From: Squalus acanthias
Taxonomy: Eukaryota
Assembly (NCBI GenBank): GCA_030390025.1
Contig: CM059432.1
Span: 96,970,001 to 97,034,000, forward strand
Length of the DNA: 64,000 nucleotides
Direction of reading: 5' to 3'
In this document: positions 44,570 through 58,205 of the stretch, one piece after another
How positions within the stretch are numbered: position 1 is the first letter of the stretch
Layout of the letters: the number at the start of each line of letters is the position of its first letter
The notes under the pieces: model-generated
Database searches by the model: none
Told to the model about the DNA's origin: nothing
Seen by the model: only the letters and a program-made list of their open reading frames with translations
Translations under genes and position numbers: made by a program

Positions 44570-47500
44570 AGATCTTGCTGTTTAAATGCATCTCTTTCAA
44601 TGATCCTCCTGGCTCCACAGCACTCCTGATGGCTGCTGCCAGCTTGTGATCGGCCTTCATCCCATTGACCTGCTCCTAATGTGCACAAAAGATGGGGAGA
44701 GACAGATAGTACTGGAGTAAGAAATAGTAAGGTATTAGGTGGGATTAGATTAAGAGAGAATACAAGAAGGTCTAAGACAAGTTTACAGTGCATGTGTATA
44801 AATGCACGAAGCGTAGTAAATAAGGTTGGTGAGCTGCAGGCGCTAATAGCCACATGGGAATATGATGTTGTGGAGATAACGGAGACCTGGCTAAAAAAAG
44901 GGTAGGATTGGGTTTTAAATATTCCTGGATATAAGGTGTTCAGGAAAGAGAGGGAAGGAAAGAAAGGAGGTGGGGTGGCAATATTGGTTAAGGAGAATGT
45001 TACAGTGCTGGAGAGAGAGGATGTCCTGGAGGGGCCAAGGACAGAATCTATTTGGTTAGAGTTAAGAAACAATAGAGGTGCCATTACACTACTAGGTGTA
45101 TTCTATAGGCCACCAACTAGCGGGAAAGATATAGAGGAGCAAAGTTGCACGGAAATTACAGAGAGGTGCAAGAACTATAGAGCAGTAATAATGGGGGGCT
45201 TCAATTATCCTATTATAGACTGGGATAATAATAGTGTAAAGGGCAGAGATGGGGAAGAATTTCTGAAGTGTGTTCAGGAGAACTTTCTTGATCAGTACAT
45301 TTCCAGCCCAACGAGGAAGGAGGCATTGCTGGATTTGGGGAATGAGGTGGGTCAAGTGGAGCAAGTGCCAATAGGGGAACATTTAGGGAAGAGTGATCAT
45401 AGTATCATAAGGTTTAGATTAGCTATGGAAAAGGACAGGGAGCAATCTCGAGTAAATACTTAATTGGAGGAAAGCAAATTTCAGTAGGTTGAGAACGGAT
45501 CTGGCCCGGGTAAATTGGAATCAAAGATTGGCAGGCAAAACTGTAATCGAACAATGGGCTGCCTTTAAAGAGGAGATGGTTTGGGTAGAGTCGAGGTACA
45601 TTCCCACGAGAGGGAAAGGTAGGGCAACTAAAGCCAGAGCTCCCTGGATGGCGAAAGAGATAGAGAGTAAGATGAAGCAGAAAAAGAGCGTGTATAACGG
45701 ATGTCAGGTTGAGAATACAAGTGAGAATCAGGCTGAATATAAAAATTTCAGAGGGGAAGTGAAAAAGAAAATAAGAGGGGCTAAGAGAGAGTATGAGAAT
45801 AGATTGGCAGCTAACATAAGAGGGAATTTGAAAGTCTTCTATAGGCATATAAACAATAAACAGATAGTAATAAGAGGAGTGGGGCTGATTAGGGACCAAA
45901 AAGGAGACCTACACATGGAGGCAGAGGGCATGGCTGAGGTACTAAATGAGGACTTTGCATCTGTCTTCACCAAGGAAGAAGATGCTGCCAAAGTCATAGT
46001 GAAAGAGGAGGTAGTGAAAATACTGGATGAGATAAAAATTGATAAAGAGGAGGTACTAGAAAGGCTGTCTGAACTTAAAGTAGATAAGTCACCAGGACTG
46101 GATGGGATGCATCCTAGGATGCTGAGGGAGGTTAAGGAGGAAATCGCGGAGATACTCGCCATAATCTTCCAATCCTCCATAGATACGGGAGTGGTGCCAG
46201 AGGACTGGAGAATTGCAAATGTTACACCCTTGTTCAAAAAAGGGTGTAAGGATAAACCCAACAACTACAGACCAGTCAGTTTAACCTCGGTAGTGGGGAA
46301 GCTTTTGGAAACGATAATCAGGGACAACGTTAACAGTCACTTGGAGAAGTGTGGATTAATTAAGGAAAGCCAGCATGGAGTTGTTAAAGGCAAATCGTGT
46401 TAACTAACTTGATTGAGTTTTTTGATGAGGTAGCAGAGAGGGTTGATGAGGGCAATGCAGTTGACGTGGTGTATATGGACTTCCAAAAGGCGTTTGATAA
46501 AATGCCACGTAATAGGCTTGCCAGTAAAGTTGAAGCCCATGGAATAAAAGGGACAAGGGCAGCATGGATACGAAATTGGCTAAGTGACAACAAACAGAGA
46601 GTAGTGGTGAACGGTTGTTTTTCGGACTGGAGGAAGGTACACAGTGGTGTTCCCCAGGGGTCAGTACTCGGACCACTGCTTTTAAGAACATAAGAACATA
46701 AGAAATAGGAGCAGGAGTAGGCCAATCGGCCCCTCGAGCTTGCTCCGCCATTCAATAAGATCATGGCTGATCTGATCCTAACCGCCAATCTACTATCTAT
46801 CACAGAACCATCTCCTGCATCTAACAGAATTGCACACACGAAATAGGAGCAGAGCAGAATCAGGCTACACAGTCCCTGGGCCCGCTCCACTACCCACAGG
46901 GCCATGACCGATCCGAACCTAGACTCATGTCCAAATTCCTGCCCGCTCCCCGTAACCCTTAATGCCCTTTACTTCTAGGAAACCGTCTATTTCTGTTTTA
47001 AATTTAATTAATGTTGTAGCTTCTACAGCTTTTTGTGGCAGCATATTCCATGGACCTACCACCCTCTGAGTGAAGTAGTTCCTCCTCATCTCAGTTTTGA
47101 AAGAGCAGCCCCTTATTCTAAGACTATGTCCCCTAGTTCTCGTCTCACCCGTCATCGGGAACATCCTCCCCGCATCCACCCGATCCAACCCCTTCACAAT
47201 CTTATATGTTTCAATAAGATCGCCTCTCATTCTTCTGAACTCCAATGAGTAGAGTCCCAATCTACCCAACCTCTCCTCATATGACCACCCCCTCATCCCC
47301 GGGATTAACCGAGTGAACCTTTTTTGCACTGCCTCGAGAGCAAGGATGTCTTTCCTTAAGTAAGGACACCAAAACTGTATGCAGTATTCCAGGTGCGGTC
47401 TCACCAATACCTTGTACAACTGAAGCAATACCTCCCTATTTTTATATTCTATCCCCCTAGCAATGAAAGCCAACATTCCATTTGCCTTCTTAATCACTTG

Positions 47501-49225
47501 CTGCACCTGCATACTAACCTTTTGAGTTTCGTGCACCAGGACCCCCAGATCCCTTTGCACTTCAGTACTCTCCAGTTTCTTGCCATTAAGATAATAAATT
47601 GCTCTAGGATTTTTCCTGCCAAAGTGCATCACCTCACACTTTCCAGTGTTGTATTCCATCTGCCAAATCTCTGCCCACTTACTTAGCCTGTCTATGTCCC
47701 CTTGCAGGTTTTTTATGTCCTCCTCACTCACTACTTTCCCTCCCATCTTTGTATCATCTGCAAATTTTGATATGTTACACTTGGTCCCTTCCTCCAAATC
47801 GTTAATATAGATTGTGAAGAGTTGGGGACCCAGCACTGACCCCTGTGGAACACCACTAGTTACTGATTGCCAGTCTGAGAATGAACCATTTATCCCAACT
47901 CTTTGCTTTCTGTTAGATAGCCAATCCTCTATCCATGCCAGAATATTACCCCCAATCCCGTGATTTTTTACCTTAAGCAATAATCTTTTGTGTGGCACCT
48001 TGTCAAATGCCTTTTGGAAGTCTAAATACACTACGTCCACTGGTTCCCCTTTATCCACTCTATATGTTACTTCCTCAAAGAACTCCAGCAAATTTGTCAA
48101 ACATGACTTCCCCTTCGTAAAACCATGCTGACTTTGTCCTATTAAATTATGATTATCCAAATGTCCTGTTACTGTTTCCTTAATAATGGACTCCAAAATT
48201 TTACCTACCACAGATGTTAGGCTAACCGGTCTATAGTTACCAGCCTTCTGTCTACTGCCCTTGATATATATTAATGACTTAGACTTAGGAGTACAGGGCA
48301 CAATTTCAAAATTTGCAGATGACACAAAACATGGAAGTATAGTGAACAGTGAGGAGGAGAGTGATAGACTTCAAAAAGACATAGACAGGCTGGTGAAATG
48401 GGCGGACATGTGGCAGTTGAAATTTAATGCAGAAAAGTGCGAAGTGATACATTTTGGTAGGAAGAACGAGGAGAGGCAATATAAACTAAATGGTACAATC
48501 CTAAAGTGGGTGCATGAACAGAAAGACCTGGGGGTATATGTGCACAAATCGTTGAAGGCGACAGGGCAGGTTGAGAAAACATATGGGATACTGGGCTTCA
48601 TAAATAGAGGCATAGAGTACAAAAGCAAGGAAGTTATGATGAAGCTTTATAAAACACTGGTTCGGCCTCAACTGGAATAGTGTGCCCAATTCTGGGCGCT
48701 GCACTTTAGGAAGGATGTGAAGGCCTTAGAGAGGGTGCAGAAAAGATTTACGAGAATGATTCCAGGGATGAGGGACTTCAGTTGCATGGATAGACTGGAG
48801 AAGCTGGGGTGGTTCTCCTTAGAGCAGAGAAGGTTGAGTGAAGATTTGATAGAGGTGTTCAAAATCATGAGGGGTCTAGACAGAGTAGATAGAGAGAAAC
48901 TGTTTCCATTGGCGGAAGGGTCAAGAACCAGAGGACACAGGTTTAAGGTGATTGGCAAAAGAACAAAAGGCGGCATGAGGAAAAACTTTTTTGCGCAGTG
49001 AGTGGTTAGGATCTGGAATGCACTGCCTGAAAGGGTGGTGGAGGCAGATTCAATCGTGGCTTTCAAAAGGGAATTGGATAAGTTGGGAAGGAAAAAAACT
49101 TGCAGGGCTATGGGGAAAGGGCAGGGGAGTGGGACTAGCTGAAGTGCTCTTGCAGAGAGCCGGCACAGGCTCGACAGGCTGAATGGCCTTCTTCTGTGCT
49201 GTAACCATTCTATTATTCTATGATT
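44570..49225 (+). mobile_element. CR1 LINE with nearly complete but disrupted ORF2, interrupted by a younger antisense CR1
   Basis: APE endonuclease NARS...ITETW, YRPP, GGFN, SDH; RT KSPG.DG, QHG, PQGS, KFADD. Several stops and frameshifts; TTCTATG tail. Confidence 0.93.
46682..48260 (-). mobile_element. Very young 5'-truncated CR1 LINE, copy 2
   Basis: Open RT frame 46925-~48258; near-identical to 25036-26328. Splits the host CR1 between ...GPLL and LIYINDL. Confidence 0.95.
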
Positions 49226-50398
49226 CCCGCCCCTGTCTCCCCCGGGACTTGCCTGAGTGCCACTCCTGACTAAAGAAGCGGCACAAAATTGATCTCATTG
49301 ATATGGCCGAGCTGCCTCTCGAGGTGCAACAGGTGCTGGCAGTTCACTCAAAATATTGAAATGAGGCCCAAGGCCCAATTTCAGATGAGCCTTGGCCTCT
49401 ATTGTTTGCCCGCCATTGGTTGTGTGCCTGAAATTGACCCATAACTAATTTCTACCCCAGGTGCTTCAATCCAATCACTATCTTATTTGCAATGTTTCAA
49501 CAGCCATTTCTGCGTCCACTGCCTCTACAGGACTAATTTGCAGAGAATTAAAACTTCATACTTTAAATGTTAGAAATGTCAAAATCCTGGAACTCTCTAC
49601 CTCATCTCTACCTTCTCAAGGGTAAGTAGGAATGGACAATAAATGCCGGCCTTCCCAGCGATGCCCAAGAATGACTCCCACCAGTATTACTACTAAACGT
49701 TTATTCTGCATCATCTGTACTGAGGAAGGTATGCGGCAATCGTTTAGTTAATATGTAAATTATTCAACACCCCTGCACTGTAATAAACAGACAGATGGAC
49801 ATAGGTGGGAATCCCTTGGAGGCCTTACTTTAATCTCACAGTTTCTGTCCCATCAAATGCTACACATTTATTGTTTCTTTTCTGCAACTTTCTTAAGGAA
49901 AGAAATTTCATTTATGTTCTGATAATATTTAAAAACTTCAGTCCAACTCATAAACATAACTTTCCTTTTTCCAACATTAGATCATTTATATCTCTATAAT
50001 ACATTCAATTATTCACTTTTTAAAATGCTATCGACTTCAATAGAATACGCGTCAGTACTCCTCTTCAAGTGCACAGCATGTTCTTTGATGAATGTACAGG
50101 GCACAATCTTTCAGTACTGCTCACTATCCACTGTAATTAAGTAGACTGTTTTTCATTTATACACAAAAACAGGCTGGCCTTTAAATCTGCTACAAATCCA
50201 GATAACACCACAGCATTTAATTTATCTCATCCTTGTCATTAGATCTTGATATTTAAAATACATTTACACAAGAAAGGTGGCAGGTAGCACTACAGAAATC
50301 AAAGAGTGCCTATATTTAAAGGTCAAGGGAAATGATTTGGCAAAAATTAATTGAAGTGTTAAGTGAATTAAAAAATTACAATATCCATTTTATAGATA

Positions 50399-50566
50399 GG
50401 GGGTTGAATTTCCGCAGGGGCTCTTCCATCTCCTGCTGTAACTTCAGCCAAAAATCAGCAGGAACCCCAGAGGAGCGGCTTAAACAGCTTTTTAACCATT
50501 TCTCTGGGTTTCCGCTGATCCTCTGATGGTGGGAGATTGGGAGAACTCCTGCAGAAATTCTATCTC
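50399..50566. mobile_element. Short hairpin-like MITE; a related decayed copy lies at ~50740-50910
   Basis: Imperfect inverted ends gaatttccgcaggggctcttccatctcc / ggagattgggagaactcctgcagaaattc. Confidence 0.55.
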
Positions 50567-53500
50567 ATATATATTATATGAATGGAATTAATGTTTTAGT
50601 TGAGTAATGATTTTTGACATAATTGCAGACTAAATCAAAAAGGCCAGGAAGAAATAAATGACTGAGCTTCCAGTCAATTAAATACCTGCTGAGATACATT
50701 TCTAAATAAAGTCGGAGTTGGGTTAACAGCAAAAGACATCTGGAATTTCTGCACGTGTTCTCCCGATCTCATGACTTCAGCAGAACCCCCGAGAAATGAT
50801 GTAAATGGCTAAAGATGGCTGTTTAGATCATTTCTACAGGGTTTTCACCAATCTTCTGCCTAAGATACAGTGGGAGATCTGGAGAACCCTGTGGGCATTC
50901 TCCCCAGAGATTCTTGACATTCCAGGACTAAGGTCCACTTCGCTCAGAATTCCGGATACCATCTATATTAAAAGTTTTTCACACACCGGACACTTCCCAC
51001 AAGTGTCACACTTTTCACATTCACATTCTTTGGATTCACTGAATAATGCCAAGAGAGATTTGATAATATATATATTAATGATACCTGTTCAATAACCTTT
51101 CTGGTGAGTTTCTCTTCCTCCTCCCATATCCAGATCTTGGCAGCACAGCCTGCTACTCTTACATTCCAGAGAAAACACTGCAACCAAAACAGTTCAGTTG
51201 GCTTTTTTATATGCCAAGTTCTACTCTTTCAAGAAGAATGTGAAAAAATCAACTTATTTCTGTTTTACATGTTTTATGCAAAAAGGATAGGATGCAGTCA
51301 GCAGAGCTTTTGGATGAGCTAAGGTTTACAAAGCATGGAGGATGGGAGGCTGGCCAGAAGAGCATTGGAATAGTTAAGTCTAGAGATGAAAAGGCAACTT
51401 GAATTTCTAAGTTGTATCACACACAACTTAAATTTCTAAGGTTACAGTTATTGAGAAGAGACCGATGATCTACAACCAACCGAGAGGCATGGATAAAACA
51501 AGCTAATTTATTAATATGGATTTTGAGCGTAGAACACTAATACAAACTTTGAAAACTTCAGTTAACAATGGAAATTAGAAGTATTTTTCTCCACAGAGTA
51601 TACGATGTATGGAACAAAATGTCAACAAAACCATTTAATGCCCTATTGAAAAGTTCTTTGAAAAAGCTGGATCTGTTGTTATGAATGGGATCAAAAGTTT
51701 CTAAGTGATAAACAGACTGAGATTATCAAAAACATCATTCTGCTGAGACAAGGAAATTTCATGAATGAGTATCATCTCAGTTGAATAATGGGAGTTACAA
51801 GGTTATATAAGTAATCTAGAGATTTACTCAGTTAACGGATTAGATAAATGAGAAATTTATGAAGGATTTTGCATCAAACAATTAAATAAATCTGGTTGAA
51901 TTGATAAGAGTGAAGTCTGTGTGAGGACTGGGCTGGATGGGACTTTCTCTATTCATACCTTTTTATGTTCTTAATAAATAATCTGCTAAAAGTAAGAGTG
52001 TGCCCATTGCCTTTAAGCGATTATTCCATAAAGTGACTTCATTACAGTGCACTGCAAAGCACATTTAAGAATTATGTCACTTAGCATAATGGAAACAGAA
52101 CTTCACGTTAGAGAGGATAAATAATTTCCATTATTTAACTTTTAAAACACCTCAGTTGAATTTTTGTGAAAGCGTACATGTTTTTCAAATTATAATTTAA
52201 TGGTTTAATAAAATTGCAACTAAGTATTTCATCAGTATCAACTAAACAATTTTTTTCTAAAATATTTTTTAAAGTACCAGTACCTTGGCTGATGTTACAT
52301 TTATAAGCTGTGCTGAGCAAGATATAACTTAATAATCCAGTCTGACTAAGGAAAAATAATGTTTATTGCGCTCTCTGCAACATTTCACTGCATAGTCATT
52401 TCTGTGTCATCCATGGGAATTTGGAATGTTTCAGTTTGAACTGTGTCATTGAACATAAGAAATAGGAGCAGAAGTAGGCCCTTCGAGCCTGCTCTGCCAT
52501 TCAATATGATCATGGCAGATCTTCTCCCTCAACTCCACTTTCCTGCACTATCCCCATATCCCTTGATTCCCTTAATATCCAAAAATCTATCGATCTCTGT
52601 CTTGAATATACTCAACGACTGAGCCTCCACAGCCCTCTGGGGTAGAGAATTCCAAAGATTCACCACCCTCTGAGTGAAGAAATTTCTCATCAGTCCTAAA
52701 TGGCCAACCCCTTATTCTGAGACTGTGACCCCTGGTTCTAGACTCTCCAGCCAGGGGAAACAGCCCCCCAGCATCTACCCTGTCAAGCCCTGTAAGAATT
52801 TTGTATGTTTCAATGAGATCACCTCTCATTCTTCTAAACTCTAGAGAATATAGGCCTAATCTACTCAATCTCTCCTCATAGGACAATCCCCCCATCCAAG
52901 GAATCAGTCTTGTAAACCTTTGTTGCACTCCCTCTATGGCAAGTATATCCTTCCTCAGGTAAGGAGACAAACACTGTACACAATACGCCAGATGTGGGCT
53001 CACCAGGGCCCTATATAATTGCAGTAAGATGTCTTTACTCTTATACTCAGATCCTTTTGTAATAAAGACCAACATACCATTTGTTTCTCTAATTGCTTGT
53101 TGTACCTGCATGTTAACTTTCAGTGATTCGTGTACAAGGACACCCAGGTTCCTCTGAACACCAACATTTCCCAATCTCTCATCATTTAAAAGATACTCTG
53201 CTTTTCTATTTTTCCTACCAAAGTGGATAAATTCACATTTCTCCACATTATATTCCATTTGCCATGTTCTCGCCCACTCGCTTAACTTGTCTATATGCCC
53301 TTGCAGCCTCTTTGCATCCTCCTCACAACTTACATTCCCACCTAGCTTTGTATCATCAGCAAACTTGGATATATTACATTTGGTTCCCTCATCCAAATCA
53401 TTGATATAGATTGTGAAAAGCTGAGGCCCAAGCACTGATCCTTGCGGTACCCCACTAGTTACAGCCTGCCAACCCGAAAATGACCTGTTTATTCCTACTC

Positions 53501-54141
53501 TCTGTTTTCTGTCCGTTAACCAATTCTCAATCTATGCTAGTATATTACGCCCAATTCCATGAGCCCTATTTTTGTTTAATGACCTCTTGTGTGGCACCTT
53601 ATCAAATGCTTTCTGAAAATCCAAATACACTACATCCACTGGTTCCCCCTTATCTATCCCGTTAGTTACAACCTCAAAAAACTCTAACAGATTCGTCAAA
53701 CATGATTTTCCTTTCATAAATCCATGTTGACTCTGCCCAATCCTATTATTATTTTCTAAGTGCCCTGTTACCACGTCCTTAATAATAGATTCTAGCATTT
53801 TCCTTACTACTGATGTCAGGCTAACTGGTCTGTAGTTCCCCATTTTCTCTCTCCCTCCTTTCTTAAATAGTGGGGTTGCATTTGCTACCTTACAATCCAC
53901 GGGAACCATTCTAGAATCTATAGAATTTTGGAAGATGGCAACCAATGCATCCACTATCTCTATAGCCACCTCTTTTAAAACCCTAGGATGTAGGCCATCA
54001 GGTCCAGGGGATTTATCGGCTTTCTGTCCCATTAATTTCTCCGGTACTAATTTCTTTCAGTTTCTCATTCTCACTAGACCCTTGGTTCTCCACTATTTCC
54101 GGGAGGTTTTTTGCATCTTCCTCCGTGAAGACAGACACAAA

Positions 54142-56913
54142 GGGCTCGATTTTGATTCCCAAGGCGGGTTGGAGTCAGGTTACATTGTGGGCGGGTTCCG
54201 GAGTCGCTTCCGGCGGGATCAGCTGCTGATGTCCGATTTTGATTCAATGAGCTTGTTGATTTCAATGAGGCGCGCTGGCCGGTCCAATGAGTGTGATCGG
54301 GTCGGCTGGCCGCCTCTGATGACGTCATCATAGCAGCTGCTTTTAAAGCTGCCATTCAGCCGAAGCCTTTCTCTTGTGGATTCCTGGACTCATTGATATT
54401 GATCTATACACCATGACTTCTTCCAGAGGCAAGGCAGTGCCTCGTTTTAATGATGACTCCCTCCATGCTCTTGTGGATGCTGTCAGAGGGCGCAGGGAGA
54501 TTCTCTTCCCTCCTGATGACCGGAGGAAGCCTCCTCAGCAGACCAAGGCAGCCTGGCTGCGCATTGCTCAGGAGGTGAGTGCAAGGTCCATTTATGCACG
54601 GTCATGGATCCAGTGCCGAGAAAGGTTTAATGATCTTGTGCGAACATCAAAAGTGAGTATCCCATCTCACTTGCCTTCACTCTGCTTCCCTTCTCGTCTC
54701 TTCACCAGCACTCTGCTTTGTAAGCCTGCTCCTTCACATACCACCTTACCCTTACTTACCTTGCATCCTTACCTATCTATCTCTGTCTCTGCACTGAATC
54801 ACTTCAGCATCCTGCCTATGCACCCCTTAGACTCGCTCCCACTGTTATGCAATGACAACAACTAACAACACACAGAAAGCTAGCTTCCTCTTGGCACCTT
54901 TCCCCATCTTCGTCTCCCGCAAAGCTTCTATGGTAGGGATTATTCACACTCATTCCATCACTGTGGCTGAAACACCGCTTGTGTCCCTCCTTGCAGGAAA
55001 AGATAGCCCAAATAAGAGGGAGAGAGCACTGACTGGAGGAGGAACGCCTATCCTAGCAACATTGACCAGTGCTGAGGAGACTGCATACAAGATTGTTGGA
55101 GGTGGCGAGGACCTGGAAGTGGGCGATGGAGTGATGGGCATCCAGAAAAAGAGCGTCTCGGGAAATACAGAAACAAGTGCAGGAGTCTCTGGAAGGGTTT
55201 GCCTCCAGGGTTAGTGCGAGTGTGGAGAGAATGGAGGAGTCCATCTCTAACATCAGCACTGCCTTGGTGGAGGCAATGGCACATGAACGCACCACCATGG
55301 ATAGGATGGTAACCTCCGTGGAAAGGCTAGCTACCTCAGTGGAAAGGATGGCTACCGCCTTGGAGGAAATAAGTCGCCAGAGTCAGGAAAACATGGCAAA
55401 GGTTCAAAATAGAATGTCATCTCTGGAGGAGTGATGGGCAGCTATTGAGCAGAGGGACCAGAGCTTCATGGATGTCCTTTTGATGAGGACTGCCAGTGCA
55501 GATACGGGTCCTCATGGTCTCCCTGATGTGCAGCAAGGTGCCCTCCAGGCAATTGCCAGCACTGAGGTGTGGCTGACCCATGAGAGGGATGTTGTTGGCA
55601 GGATAGAAGGAAGTGTGGGCTCCTCTCAAAGCGCTCATACGACCATGCCACTGCGGAGCCCTCGGTCAGTGACCCACTTTGCGGAGACAACTGAGATGGC
55701 CGTTTCAGCCCCTGCACAGCTGCAGAAAAAGCAGACTGTTGAAGAGCCCTCCCAGGTTCCCAAACCCAGAGGATGCCCGCCAAAGGCGTCTAAGCAGGTG
55801 CAGCATCCTAGTCAGCAAGGTGCCTCTACAACTGCTGAAGCCAACGGGGGAGCACCATGTAGAAGCACACGTAAGAGAAACATTAAGCACCTATAGTCAC
55901 AAGGGGACTCACTTGGGTGATTTGTCTTTTTTTCTGATTGTTGTTGGTTTATTATCCTTTTGTGATGTGTAAAAGAAAAATTATGTCTAACAGTTGATTG
56001 TGTGGCCTATGTGTTCTGGGAAATGGCAAAAGCGCATTGAGGGCTCAGCGCGACTTGCTTTTGTAATGCTGATGGTAAAAGTGATAGGAAATAACAGGGT
56101 ATAGCAGAGATGAAGTATGACGTTGGACAAATGTCGCCTGCAATTACAGAGCCATATGATAGCCACCTAAGCTTATGCTAATGTGGCATGGCAGTGTGCA
56201 TACCCTGCTTGATGGACAGCAGTGAACTTGAGGGATGCTGCATTGGTCACAACAGGGCATGCAGGTGCCCCTCCTCCTCCTCCTACTCCTCTTCCCAGGA
56301 AGATCTGCGCTGAGCCATGTGGCTGCTACTCCTCTGATTATGAGGACCAGGATGAGAGGGCATAAATTTTTCCCATCCCCTTGCTGTAGATTTCATTTGA
56401 GGCAATAATCTTGCAAGCGCACAGTCAAAGTGGCCTGAAATTATTCCATTCATGTCACATGCAGATGGGTGTCAGCTTGAACAGTCACAAGGTCAGTAGA
56501 TGTGCAAAATCTTATCCCATACCTACAACAGCAAAATTGTTGCATTTGAATGTCAGCCATTTTCAGGGGCGCTTTTAAAGTGCTCCAGCAATGCATACAA
56601 ATCATGTCCTCCAGCAACTCATCTCCTTGAACCTGGCCTGTTTCTGACAAGTCGGGAAAAAGGAGCAAGAAGCACGAAAATGGGAAACCACTATCAAAAT
56701 AGGATTAGCAAGGCAGTTAACAGGCTGTTAACTGCCTTAACTACCTGTCCAACTGGTTCCAGTCGGGTCAGTTTGGGAGCGGTTGAACAGACACTCATGG
56801 AAATCGGGTGGGGGTGTGATGGAGGCGGGTTGGGTGTCTGAAGCCATTTAAAATTTTTTTTGCCACAGACCTGCCTCTAAATCCGCCTCCTCAGGGCTAT
56901 CAAAATTGAGCCC
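54142..56913 (+). mobile_element. Harbinger derivative (2772 bp) with Myb gene retained and transposase largely deleted
   Basis: TIRs GGGCTCGATTTTGAT / ATCAAAATTGAGCCC (14/15); AAA TSD (54139-54141 / 56914-56916). Confidence 0.9.
54413..55896 (+). pseudogene. Harbinger Myb/SANT gene: exon 1 (54413-54652) open, downstream exons disrupted
   Basis: PRFNDDSLHALVDAV...AWLRIAQEV...QCRERFNDLVRTSK/gtgagt. Acceptor ttgcag at 54996 is followed by a frameshift before NKRERALTGGG; coiled-coil piece 55177-55434 ends in a stop. Confidence 0.8.
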
Positions 56914-57170
56914 AAAGTATTTGTTTAATTTCTCTGCCATTCCCTTATTCCCCATTATCATTTCTCCTGTCTCAGCCTGTAAGGGACCCATATTTACTTT
57001 CGCTAATCTTTTCCTTTTTACATACCGACAGAAGCTTTTACAATCTGTTTTTATTTCTCTCGCTAGTTTACTCTCATGTTCCATTTTCCCTTTCTTTATC
57101 AATTTCTTCGTCCTCCTTTGCTGAATTCTAAAATCCTCCCAATCCTCAGGCTTACTACTCTTTTTGGCAA

Positions 57171-57803
57171 GAATACAAACCTCTTTCTTTATTTGCTCAC
57201 TATTCCAGAATCATTCTAGAATGCAAAGATAAACCCCAGCTCCAATTCTCTACTGCTAACCATCTTCTTAAACCTGCCTCCCCTGTCTCCTCCACCCTCA
57301 CCTCCGATAACAAGTGTGAGGAGCTCATGGACTTCTTTGTCTATAAGATTGAGCTCATCCGATCAGCTGCCTCTGCCACTTCCCTTCCTTCCCCTAGCCC
57401 ACTGGGTCAAACTTCCTCTAAGGTTCCCCCCTGCCCTAGCCCTGAACTCACATCTTACCCCAGTTTCTCTCCGATTTCCCCTCATGACTCTCTGCGCTCA
57501 TTTTGTCTGTGAGACCCACCTCCTGCTCCCTCAACCCTATTCCCACCAAACTGCTGACCACCCAACTTCCTTTTCTGGCTCCCATGTTAGCTGCTATTGT
57601 TAACAGTTCTCTCTCCTCAGGTACTGTCCCCCTCTCCCTCAAATCAGCCGTCATCACCCCTCTTCTCAAAAAAACAAACCTTGATCCCTCCATCCTTGCA
57701 AACTACCACCCCATCTCCAACCTCCCTTTCCTCTCCAAAGTCCTTGAATGTGTTGTCGCCTCCCAAATCCGTGCCCATCTTTCCCGCAATTTCATATTTG
57801 AAT
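57171..57803 (+). mobile_element. L2 LINE ORF2 fragment
   Basis: PTSCSLNPIPTKLL...NSSLSSGTVP...KSAVITPLLKK..LDP....NYHPISNLPFLSKVLE. Confidence 0.85.
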
Positions 57804-57805
57804 CT

Positions 57806-57957
57806 AGCAGCACTGTGGGAGTACCTTAACCACACGGACTGCAGCGGTTCAAGAAGGCGGCTCAGCACCACCTTCTGAAGGGCAATTAGGGATGGGCAAT
57901 AAATGCTGGCCTTACCAGTGACGCCCACATCCCATAAAAAGCGAATTTTAAAAAAAG
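57806..57957 (+). mobile_element. 3' tail of the 20574-22290 LINE family
   Basis: cagcactgtgggagtacct...gggcaattagggatgggcaataaatgctggcc...cccacatccc followed by an A-tract. Confidence 0.8.
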
Positions 57958-58205
57958 TGGAGCCTGTCCCTACGGAACAGCTCCCTCTTTCCCCAGTACT
58001 GGTGCCAGTGCCCCATGAATTGAAACCCCTGCCTCCCACACCACTCTTTGAGCCACACATTTAACCTTCTAATTTGCATGTGGCTCAGGTAACAATCCAG
58101 AGATTATTACCTGTGAGGTTCTGCATTTTAATTTCGACCCTAGCTCCTAAAACTCCCTCAGCAGAACCTCATTCCTAGTTCTACCTATGTCGTTGGTCCC
58201 TACAT

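Larger units (their letters stand above)
52452..57170 (-). mobile_element. 5'-truncated CR1 LINE interrupted by a Harbinger derivative
   Basis: RT ORF pieces 52587-53435, 53532-54032 and 56848-57102. The frame MAEKLNKYF/VSVFTE is split by the insertion. Confidence 0.92.

Noticed and set aside
48261..48325. N-terminus of the 466-aa RT ORF
   Set aside because: Chance read-in from the antisense strand of the host CR1 across the insertion junction.
50960..51040. Cys-rich minus-strand peptide ESKECECEKCDTCGKCPVCEK as a metallothionein-like exon
   Set aside because: No start codon or plausible intron links it to the upstream exon-like segment (gap ~46 nt, phase mismatch); unsupported.
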